This document shows, piece by piece, positions 27,960 to 35,772 of a stretch of DNA of 35,772 nucleotides. Each line of letters begins with the position of its first letter. The first letter of the stretch is position 1. The stretch lies in the IMG/VR virus record IMGVR_UViG_2565956714_000004. One strand, 5' to 3'. Under the pieces are notes generated by a model. That model worked only from the letters and a program-made list of their open reading frames with translations, was not told where the DNA came from and searched no databases. Source of the DNA: a virus (lineage: Duplodnaviria; Heunggongvirae; Uroviricota; Caudoviricetes). The position numbers and the translations under genes are program-made.

Positions 27960-30900
27960 TAATAACCTGCGGCTGCAGGTCATTCTTAATGCGGTTGACA
28001 AACTCACCCGCCCATTCCGTGCTGCACAGGCCAGTTCGAAAGAGCTGGCTGGCGCAATCAGAAACTCCCGTGACGCATTAAAGCAACTCAATCAGGCGGG
28101 TAACAGCCTGGAAAAATTTCGCAAGCTGCAGGCCGATAACAAGAAGTTAGGCGACAGGCTGAACTATGCCAGACAGAAGGCTAATTTGCTTAGCTCTGAG
28201 CTGGAGGCGATGGAACAACCATCACAACGGCACCTTGTGGCTTTAGGTCGGCAAACGCTGGCAGTCCAACGCCTGGAAGAACAACAAAAATATTTGCAGA
28301 AGCAAACGGCGCTTGTGCGTGCAGAACTGTACCGGGCGGGAATTTCTGCGAAAGATGATGCGGGAGCAACTGCCCGTTTAGCCCGTGAAACATCACGTTA
28401 TAACCAGGAATTGTCGAAACAGGAGGCGCGGCTGAAGCGACTGGGTGAAGCTCAGCGCAGGATGAATGCGGCGCGTGCCAGTTATGCCCGTTCGCTGGAG
28501 GTGCGCGATCGTATTGCAGGAGCCGGAGCCACTACCACGGCTGCAGGGCTGGCAATGGGGACGCCAGTGATGGCGGCAGTAAAAAGCTATACCAGCATGG
28601 AAGATGCCATGAAAGGTGTGGCAAAGCAGGTCAATGGTCTGCGTGACGATAATGGAAACCGTACTGCACGTTTTTATGAAATGCAGGATGCCATCAAGGC
28701 TGCCAGCGAACAGCTGCCGATGGAAAACGGTGCGGTGGACTTCGCCGCACTGGTTGAAGGTGGGGCGCGCATGAACGTCGCAAACCCTGACGACAGCTGG
28801 GAAGACCAGAAACGTGACCTGCTGGCCTTCGCCAGCACAGCAGCAAAGGCGGCAACAGCCTTTGAGCTGCCAGCGGATGAACTGTCAGAAAGTCTGGGGA
28901 AAATCGCTCAGCTCTACAAAATCCCTACCCGCAATATTGAACAGCTCGGTGATGCGCTGAACTATCTGGATGATAACGCCATGTCGAAAGGGGCGGACAT
29001 CATTGATGTGATGCAACGCCTGGGCGGTGTGGCTGACCGTCTGGATTATCGTAAAGCGGCGGCGCTGGGTTCCACCTTCCTGACACTGGGCGCTGCGCCG
29101 GAGGTTGCAGCCAGTGCAGCAAACGCGATGGTGCGTGAATTGTCCATTGCCACCATGCAGAGCAAGAGTTTCTTTGAAGGGATGAATCTGCTGAAACTCA
29201 ATCCTGAAGTGATTGAAAAGCAGATGACGAAGGATGCGATGGGAACTATCCAGCGTGTGCTGGAGAAGGTGAACGCACTGCCGCAGGACAAGCGTCTGTC
29301 TGCCATGACTATGTTGTTTGGTAAAGAGTTTGGCGATGACGCGGCGAAACTGGCAAACAACCTGCCGGAACTACAGCGCCAGCTAAAACTGACAGCGGGC
29401 AATGATGCGCTCGGCTCCATGCAGAAAGAATCCGACATTAACAAGGATTCACTTTCTGCGCAGTGGTTGCTGGTCAAAACCACTGCACAGAATACCTTCA
29501 GCAGCCTGGGCGAAACGCTGCGCCAGCCGCTGATGGATATTCTGTACACGGTGAAAAGCATCACGGGGGCGTTGCGCCGCTGGGTGGAAGCTAACCCGGA
29601 ACTGACAGGCACACTGATGAAAGTAGCGGCTGTTGTGGCTGCGGTTACCCTAGGCCTCGGCACCTTAGCGGTGGCGCTGGCTGCAGTGCTGGGGCCGCTG
29701 GCAGTCATCCGTCTGGGATTCTCTGTGCTGGGTATCAAAACGTTACCTTCCGTTACGGCAGCAGTAACACGAACCAGCAGCGCGTTGTCCTGGTTAGCTG
29801 GCACTCCACTGGCACTGCTGCGACGCGGGCTTGCTTCATCGGGCAACGCAGCGGGTTTACTTACTGCGCCGTTGTCGTCTTTGCGCCGCACGGCATCACT
29901 GACGGGGAATGTCCTGAAAACTGTAGCAGGTGTGCCGGTTGCACTGTTGCGGTCTGGATTATCCGGTTTACGTGCTGTTGCTGTGATGTTTATGAATCCA
30001 CTGGCAGCACTACGCGGTGGACTGGCTGCCGCAGGCGCGGTGCTGCGAGTACTGGCATCCGGTCCGCTGGCGATGCTGCGCGTTGCCCTGTATGCCATAT
30101 CTGGTCTGTTAGGTGCTCTGCTCAGTCCGATAGGTCTTGTGGTTACTGCACTGGCGGGCGTGGCGCTGGTTGTCTGGAAATACTGGCAACCCATCACCGC
30201 ATTTCTCGCTGGTGTGGTGGAAGGATTCAAAGCGGCGGCAGGTCCCATCAGTGCAGCATTCGAACCACTTAAGCCTGTGTTTCAGTGGATTGGCGACAAA
30301 GTACAGGCGCTGTGGGGCTGGTTTACTAATCTGCTGACGCCCGTTAAGTCGACCTCTGCCGAACTGCAGAGTGCAGCGGCAATGGGGCGGCGATTCGGAG
30401 AGGCACTGGCGGAAGGGCTGAATATGGTCATGCATCCGCTGGACTCCCTGAAATCCGGCGTTTCCTGGTTGCTGGAGAAACTCGGCATTGTCAGTAAAGA
30501 GGCTGCAAAAGCGAAACTGCCGGAAAGCGTGACGCGTCAGCAACCTGCGACGGTGAATGCAGACGGTAAAGTGATAATGCCATCGGGTGGTTTTCCGTCA
30601 TGGGGATATGGCTTTGCGGGGATGTATGACAGCGGCGGGTATATCCCGCGCGGGCAGTTCGGCATTGTCGGTGAAAACGGGCCGGAAATTGTCAACGGTC
30701 CGGCAAACGTGACCAGCCGGAGAAATACCGCTGCACTGGCTGCGGTTGTCGCCGGAATGATGGGCGTTGCTGCCGCGCCAGCAGAGCTTCCACCGTTGCA
30801 TCCTTTGGCACTTCCCGCGAAAGGCGGTGAAGCGATGGTGAGTCGCGCAGCTGCTGTGCCGCCCGTTCACCGGATTGAGGCACCGACGCAGATCATCATC

Positions 30901-31029
30901 CAGACGCAGCCAGGACAAAGTGCGCAGGATATTGCGCGGGAGGTGGCACGCCAGCTTGATGAACGTGAACGCAGGCTGAAGGCAAAAGCCAGGAGTAACT
31001 ACAGCGATCAGGGGGGATACGACGCATGA
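27952..31029 (+). CDS. T: tail tape measure protein (gpT)
   Basis: 1025 aa, coiled-coil-rich N-terminal half and Ala/Leu/Gly-rich repetitive hydrophobic segment; position after E/E'. Confidence 0.85.
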   Translation: MSNNNLRLQVILNAVDKLTRPFRAAQASSKELAGAIRNSRDALKQLNQAGNSLEKFRKLQADNKKLGDRLNYARQKANLLSSELEAMEQPSQRHLVALGRQTLAVQRLEEQQKYLQKQTALVRAELYRAGISAKDDAGATARLARETSRYNQELSKQEARLKRLGEAQRRMNAARASYARSLEVRDRIAGAGATTTAAGLAMGTPVMAAVKSYTSMEDAMKGVAKQVNGLRDDNGNRTARFYEMQDAIKAASEQLPMENGAVDFAALVEGGARMNVANPDDSWEDQKRDLLAFASTAAKAATAFELPADELSESLGKIAQLYKIPTRNIEQLGDALNYLDDNAMSKGADIIDVMQRLGGVADRLDYRKAAALGSTFLTLGAAPEVAASAANAMVRELSIATMQSKSFFEGMNLLKLNPEVIEKQMTKDAMGTIQRVLEKVNALPQDKRLSAMTMLFGKEFGDDAAKLANNLPELQRQLKLTAGNDALGSMQKESDINKDSLSAQWLLVKTTAQNTFSSLGETLRQPLMDILYTVKSITGALRRWVEANPELTGTLMKVAAVVAAVTLGLGTLAVALAAVLGPLAVIRLGFSVLGIKTLPSVTAAVTRTSSALSWLAGTPLALLRRGLASSGNAAGLLTAPLSSLRRTASLTGNVLKTVAGVPVALLRSGLSGLRAVAVMFMNPLAALRGGLAAAGAVLRVLASGPLAMLRVALYAISGLLGALLSPIGLVVTALAGVALVVWKYWQPITAFLAGVVEGFKAAAGPISAAFEPLKPVFQWIGDKVQALWGWFTNLLTPVKSTSAELQSAAAMGRRFGEALAEGLNMVMHPLDSLKSGVSWLLEKLGIVSKEAAKAKLPESVTRQQPATVNADGKVIMPSGGFPSWGYGFAGMYDSGGYIPRGQFGIVGENGPEIVNGPANVTSRRNTAALAAVVAGMMGVAAAPAELPPLHPLALPAKGGEAMVSRAAAVPPVHRIEAPTQIIIQTQPGQSAQDIAREVARQLDERERRLKAKARSNYSDQGGYDA

Positions 31030-31511
31030 TGATGGTGCTGGGATTGTACGTGTTTATGCTGCGCACCGTACCGTATCAGGAGCTGCAGTATCAACGCAGC
31101 TGGCGACATGCGGCAAACAGTCGGGTAAATCGTCGTCCGTCCACGCAGTTTCTGGGACCGGACAACGACATGCTGACGCTTTCTGGTGTTCTTATGCCGG
31201 AGATAACAGGCGGCAGGCTGTCGTTGCTGGCACTGGAGCAGATGGCAGAACAGGGGAAAGCATGGCCCCTGATTGAAGGCAGCGGCACGATTTATGGCAT
31301 GTATGTGATTGAGGGACTGAATCAGACTAAAACGGAGTTTTTCCGCGATGGTATGCCGCGCCGGATTGAGTTCACCCTGTCGCTCAAACGGGTGGATGAA
31401 TCCCTGTCCGATATGTTCGGTGATCTCAGTACGCAACTGAATAATCTGCAGGACACGGCAACATCTGCCTTAAGTGATATCAGTAAAACGGTGGGAGGGC
31501 TGCTGTCGTGA
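31026..31511 (+). CDS. U: tail protein U (gpU)
   Basis: 161 aa, P2 gpU size and position; overlaps T and D. Confidence 0.8.
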   Translation: MMMVLGLYVFMLRTVPYQELQYQRSWRHAANSRVNRRPSTQFLGPDNDMLTLSGVLMPEITGGRLSLLALEQMAEQGKAWPLIEGSGTIYGMYVIEGLNQTKTEFFRDGMPRRIEFTLSLKRVDESLSDMFGDLSTQLNNLQDTATSALSDISKTVGGLLS

Positions 31512-32608
31512 ATTTCAGCTCTGAACTGCTTAACAAAGGCAACAAAACTCCCGCATTCAGCATCAGTATTGAGGGCAGGGATATCACTACTGTGCTGGAT
31601 AACCGTCTGATGAGTCTGACGTTGACGGACAATCGGGGCTTTGACGCGGACCAGCTTGATCTGGAGCTGGACGACGCCGACGGAAAAATCGTGCTGCCGC
31701 GCCGTGGTGCGGTCATTACGCTGGCGCTGGGCTGGAAGGGGCAGCCGCTTTTCCCGAAAGGGACATTCACGGTGGACGAGATTGAACACACTGGCGCACC
31801 GGACCGCCTGACTATCCGGGCGCGAAGTGCTGATTTTCGGGAAACGCTGAATACCCGCCGTGAAAAATCGTGGCATAAGACCACCGTCGGGGAAGTGGTG
31901 AAGGAAATAGCCGCGCGGCACAAGCTGAAGATGGCACTGGGTAAAGACCTGTCGGATAAGCCCGTGGAGCATATAGACCAGACTAATGAGAGTGACGGCA
32001 GTTTTCTGATGCGGCTGGCGCGACAGTACGGTGCCATCGCGTCGGTGAAAAATGGCAATCTGTTATTCATCCGGCAGGGGCAGGGCAAAAGCGCCACTGG
32101 TAAACCTCTGCCAGTGATCACTATCACACGCAAGGACGGCGACAGTCACCGATTTACCCTGGCAGATCGCGGAGCCTACACGGGCGTAATTGCCAGCTGG
32201 TTGCATACCCGCGAACCTGCGAAGAAAGAAAGCACCACGGTGAAGCGTAAGCGCAGAACTAAGAAGCAGAAGAAAGAGCCAGAAGCGAAGCAGGGCGATT
32301 ACCTGGTGGGTACGGATGAAAACGTGCTGGTACTTAATCGCACTTATGCCAACCGGAGCAACGCCGAACGAGCGGCGAAAATGCAGTGGGAACGCCTGCA
32401 ACGCGGCGTTGCGTCATTTTCGCTACAACTGGCAGAAGGGCGGGCAGATCTCTACACGGAAATGCCTGTGAAGGTCAGTGGTTTTAAACAGCCGATAGAT
32501 GATGCGGAATGGACCATTACGACTCTGACGCATACCGTCAGCCCGGATAACGGTTTTACGACCAGTCTGGAGCTTGAAGTGAGGATTGATGATTTCGAAA
32601 TGGAATGA
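31508..32608 (+). CDS. D: tail protein D (gpD)
   Basis: 366 aa, GTG start overlapping the U stop; P2 gpD size and position. Confidence 0.8.
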   Translation: MNFSSELLNKGNKTPAFSISIEGRDITTVLDNRLMSLTLTDNRGFDADQLDLELDDADGKIVLPRRGAVITLALGWKGQPLFPKGTFTVDEIEHTGAPDRLTIRARSADFRETLNTRREKSWHKTTVGEVVKEIAARHKLKMALGKDLSDKPVEHIDQTNESDGSFLMRLARQYGAIASVKNGNLLFIRQGQGKSATGKPLPVITITRKDGDSHRFTLADRGAYTGVIASWLHTREPAKKESTTVKRKRRTKKQKKEPEAKQGDYLVGTDENVLVLNRTYANRSNAERAAKMQWERLQRGVASFSLQLAEGRADLYTEMPVKVSGFKQPIDDAEWTITTLTHTVSPDNGFTTSLELEVRIDDFEME

Positions 32609-32698
32609 TTCTTCGCAATGGAGAACTTTTAAGTTTTCAAAATGGAATAATGCGGTATCATTATTGTGAATTTAGCAAAAATGGGGAGAACTCGAAAA

Positions 32699-32917
32699 AT
32701 GATGATTTGCCCACTGTGTGGAAGTGCCGCCCATACTCGCAGCAGTTTTCAGGTATCTTCATTGACCAAAGAGCGTTACAACCAGTGCCAGAACATTAAC
32801 TGCAGCCATACTTTTGTTACCCATGAAACTTTTGTTCGTTCGATTGCAACGCCAAAAGAGTCAAATCCGGTTCAGCCGCATCCAATGAAATCAGGACAGG
32901 TGGCGCTCTCTCTTTGA
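32699..32917 (+). CDS. ogr: late gene transcriptional activator, Ogr/Delta/B zinc-finger family
   Basis: CPLCG...TKERYNQCQNINCSHTF matches the Ogr/186 B zinc-finger signature; start at ATG 32699 after GGGGAGA RBS. Confidence 0.85.
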   Translation: MMICPLCGSAAHTRSSFQVSSLTKERYNQCQNINCSHTFVTHETFVRSIATPKESNPVQPHPMKSGQVALSL

Positions 32918-32939
32918 CGCTGCCGCCATTTTGTCGCCA
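32918..32939. repeat. attR: attR core (direct repeat cgctgccgccaTtttgtcgcca)
   Basis: 21/22 identity with 19..40; begins immediately after the ogr stop. Confidence 0.6.
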
Positions 32940-33152
32940 TCGTTAAAAAACAGTGCTTCTAACATCATGATTTTAAACAGCTTAAATTCCAGGCAACAAA
33001 AAACCCATCAACCTTGAACCGAAATGGCGGGGTTGATGGGCTCCACAAAATGGGGACATCAAAGAAAAGCAGTGGCACTAATTAAGACTGATGCCCTGCG
33101 GAAAAGTTCTGCGGTTGTGCAAAAAAATTTCATTTTCAGGGCAACTTCAGTT

Positions 33153-34838
33153 TTATCCTAATCCTGGCCATACCATGACGATGATTGTCCCTGCCAGCGT
33201 CAGCAGGACGTTGGCGATTGCATAGGTGCCCGCATAGCCCAGCGCCGGGATGTTACTGCGAGCTGTATCACTGATGATCTCCATTGCCGGCGCGCAGGTA
33301 CGTGCGCCCATCATTGCGCCGAACAACAGCGCGCGGTTCATTCGCAATACATAAGCACCGAACAAGAAACAGATAACCACGGGCACCAGACTGACAATCA
33401 ATCCGGCAATCAACATCTGACCGCCAATCGCGCCCAAGCCGTTATTAATACCGCTACCGGCGCTCAGACCAACGCCTGCCATAAACACCATCAAGCCGAA
33501 CTCTTTCACCATGCTTAATGCACCCTGCGGAATGTAACCGAAGGTCGGGTGGTTAGCACGCATAAAGCCCAGCATAATTCCGGCGAATAACAACCCGGCA
33601 GCGTTCCCCATGCCGAAACTGAATGTGCTGAACTGGAAGGTGATCATCCCGATCATCAGCCCAATAACAAAGAAGGCGCAAAATGCCAGCAGGTCAGTGA
33701 CCTGGCTGTGAATCGAGATAAAGCCGATGCGATCGGCGATGGTTTTTACGCGACGGGCATCACCGCTGACTTGTAAAACGTCACCTTTGTTAAGCACGAC
33801 GTTGTCATCTATCGGCATCTCAATCTGGCTACGAATGACGCGGTTAAGGAAGCAACCGTGATCGGTCAACTTCAGTTGTGCGAGACGTTTACCTACAGCG
33901 TTATGGTTTTTAACGACCACTTCTTCAGTGACGATACGCATGTCGAGAAGGTCACGATCGAAAACTTCTTTACCGTTACGGAAGCTGGGATCGAGTCGGG
34001 CATGGGCGTCGGGATAGCCTACCAACGCTATTTCATCGCCCATTTGTAGCACGGCATCACCGTCTGGATTTGCCAGAATCCCGTTACGTCGAATACGTTC
34101 AATGTAGCAGCCGGTTTGTCGATAAATACCCAGTTCACGCAGATTTTTGCCGTCGGTCCAGGCCACCAGCTCCGGGCCGACGCGATAGGCGCGGATCACC
34201 GGTAAATAAACCTTACGGTTGGCATCAGTGTCCAGGCCACGTTCGCGGGCGATTTGCTGGGCGCTGGTCTGTAAGTCCTGATGCTGCAATTTCGGCAAGT
34301 AACGCGCACCAACAATCAAACTCACCAGACCGATTAAATAGGTTAAGGCATACCCGAGGCTCAGATTATCCAGTGCCAGTGAGAGCTGCCTGCTTTCCAT
34401 GCCGGAATGACGCAGTGTATCGCCAGCACCGACCAGAACCGGTGTCGACGTCATAGAGCCTGCTAACATACCGGCCGTCAGGCCAATATCCCAGCCAAAC
34501 AGCTTACCTAACCCTAAGGCGATCACCAGCGCACTGCCAACCATCACCAGTGCTAACATTAGGTAATTTTTCCCATCGCGAAAAAAAATGGAAAAAAAGT
34601 TCGGTCCGGCTTCAACCCCAACACAGAAAATAAACAGCATAAAGCCAAGATTAAGCGCATCGGTGTTAATGCTGAAATGTTGTTGGCCTAATAACAGCGA
34701 TACGACTAAAACGCCAATGGAATTACCCAGTTGGATCGAACCAAGTCGTAACTTTCCGAGACATAGCCCAAGCGCGAGGACCACAAATAATAACAGAATG
34801 TAATTCCCATTTAACAATTCGGCGACGTTTATATTCAC
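33153..34838 (-). CDS. ybjL: putative transport protein YbjL (AAE-family transporter with TrkA-C domains)
   Basis: 561-aa polytopic membrane protein; I recognise the sequence as E. coli YbjL, and ybjM/grxA follow as in the host chromosome. Confidence 0.85.
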
Positions 34839-35107
34839 GGAGGCTAACTTCTTGTTTACTAGTAAGCTGTTGAAAGAAATGGTAATTTACGATAATGTTT
34901 TTTACCAGAATTCAGGGCGCAGATTCATTCAGCGCACCTAAACGATAGTAAAGTAACAATATATTTTACTAGTGTAATCACATTAGGTATCAACGGCTAT
35001 ATGAATTGCGTTGGCCTATATTAGCATGGAATGCGAAGCGGCTTTATCTTACTGAACGCCACACTGGCGAAAAATGTGTTCGATAGACGCAGTGTCAGGA
35101 GGAACGA

Positions 35108-35485
35108 GTGAAACATAAACAACGTTGGGCGGGGGCAATCTGCTGTTTTGTCCTCTTCATTGTGGTGTGCCTTTTTCTGGCGACGCACATGAAAGGCGCT
35201 TTTCGGGCTGCCGGGCATCCTGAAATCGGCTTGCTATTTTTCATTCTTCCTGGAGCAGTCGCCAGCTTCTTTTCACAGCGTAGAGAAGTCCTGAAACCTC
35301 TTTTTGGCGCAATGCTGGCGGCACCCTGTTCGATGCTCATTATGCGGCTGTTTTTTTCACCGACGCGCTCATTCTGGCAAGAGCTGGCATGGTTATTAAG
35401 TGCGGTGTTCTGGTGTGCGCTGGGGGCACTGTGTTTCTTATTTATCAGTAGTTTGTTTAAACCACAGCACAGAAAAAATCAGTAA
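35108..35485 (+). CDS. ybjM: inner membrane protein YbjM
   Basis: 125-aa hydrophobic protein, position between ybjL and grxA. Confidence 0.75.
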   Translation: MKHKQRWAGAICCFVLFIVVCLFLATHMKGAFRAAGHPEIGLLFFILPGAVASFFSQRREVLKPLFGAMLAAPCSMLIMRLFFSPTRSFWQELAWLLSAVFWCALGALCFLFISSLFKPQHRKNQ

Positions 35486-35504
35486 AGCCCTCAACGCGAG
35501 GGCT
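35486..35504. terminator. bidirectional rho-independent terminator (AGCCCTC-aacgc-GAGGGCT)
   Basis: 7-bp perfect stem between convergent ybjM and grxA. Confidence 0.5.
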
Positions 35505-35514
35505 TGTCAGACGA

Positions 35515-35772
35515 TCAGGCGTCCAGATTTTCTTTCACCCATGCAGCAAAATCGGTATAGCCGCCGATATGTTGCTGATCGACAAAAATCTGCGGCACGG
35601 TTTCTACGGGTTTACCTGCCTTTTGTTGTAGATCTTCTTTAGTGATCCCTTCCGCACGAATATCTACATAGTGATACTGAAAATCATCGTGTTCATTGCT
35701 CAATTTCTCAGCCAGATCTTTTGCACGCACACAGTAAGGGCAACCCGGACGACCAAAAATAACGGTTTGCAT
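35515..35772 (-). CDS. grxA: glutaredoxin 1
   Basis: 85 aa with CPYC active site (MQTVIFGRPGCPYCVRAK); start codon at the window edge. Confidence 0.9.
   Translation of the reverse strand: MQTVIFGRPGCPYCVRAKDLAEKLSNEHDDFQYHYVDIRAEGITKEDLQQKAGKPVETVPQIFVDQQHIGGYTDFAAWVKENLDA

Larger units (their letters stand above)
19..32939. mobile_element. P2/186-like temperate myovirus prophage, apparently complete (~32.9 kb)
   Basis: Full P2-type gene order from int to ogr, bounded by 22-bp imperfect direct repeats at 19..40 and 32918..32939; host genes ybjL/ybjM/grxA follow on the right. Confidence 0.85.

Noticed and set aside
29046-30248. 400-aa minus-strand ORF inside the tape measure gene
   Set aside because: Ala/Ser/Thr/Pro-rich antisense translation of a GC-rich repetitive region; T is the real gene here.
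32666-32698. Upstream start (MNLAKMGRTRK) for ogr
   Set aside because: Ogr-family proteins begin just before the CPLC zinc-finger motif; the ATG at 32699 has a better RBS.
33004-33040. Inverted repeat CCCATCAACC ... GGTTGATGGG downstream of ybjL as a terminator
   Set aside because: The 17-nt loop is long and no clear U-tract follows on the relevant strand; could be a regulatory or REP-like element but not supportable by eye.
1-35772. CRISPR arrays or tRNA genes, especially at the attachment site
   Set aside because: No regularly spaced direct repeats were seen, and the att core and flanks do not look like a tRNA 3' half.

Overview
The window is almost entirely one ~32.9 kb P2/186-family temperate myovirus prophage (about 19..32939), bounded by a 22-bp imperfect direct repeat (att core) and followed by Enterobacteriaceae host genes (ybjL, ybjM, grxA). 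All calls are from reading the six-frame translations and the DNA by eye; no searches or computations were run. Gene order is P2-like: int, 186-type immunity genes (cI, apl-like, cII), early genes, Dam methylase, replication initiator A, a cos-like site, then convergent portal/terminase and the late operons (capsid, lysis, baseplate, tail fiber, sheath/tube, tape measure, D, ogr). Non-backbone cargo stands out at five places: (1) an AT-rich three-gene operon of unrecognisable proteins between the cos-like site and the portal gene, the best candidate for an undescribed anti-phage system; (2) a Dam methylase translationally coupled to a 276-aa protein with queuine-tRNA-ribosyltransferase (TGT/DpdA)-like motifs, a possible DNA-modification module; (3) a LexA-box-controlled small ORF plus DinI-like gene; (4) a small secreted cysteine-containing protein inside the cI-int lysogenic operon; (5) a Gin/Hin-type invertible tail-fiber segment with both crossover sites identifiable. 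Three Ogr-type TGT-N12-ACA boxes and a P2-type E/E' frameshift site are also present.
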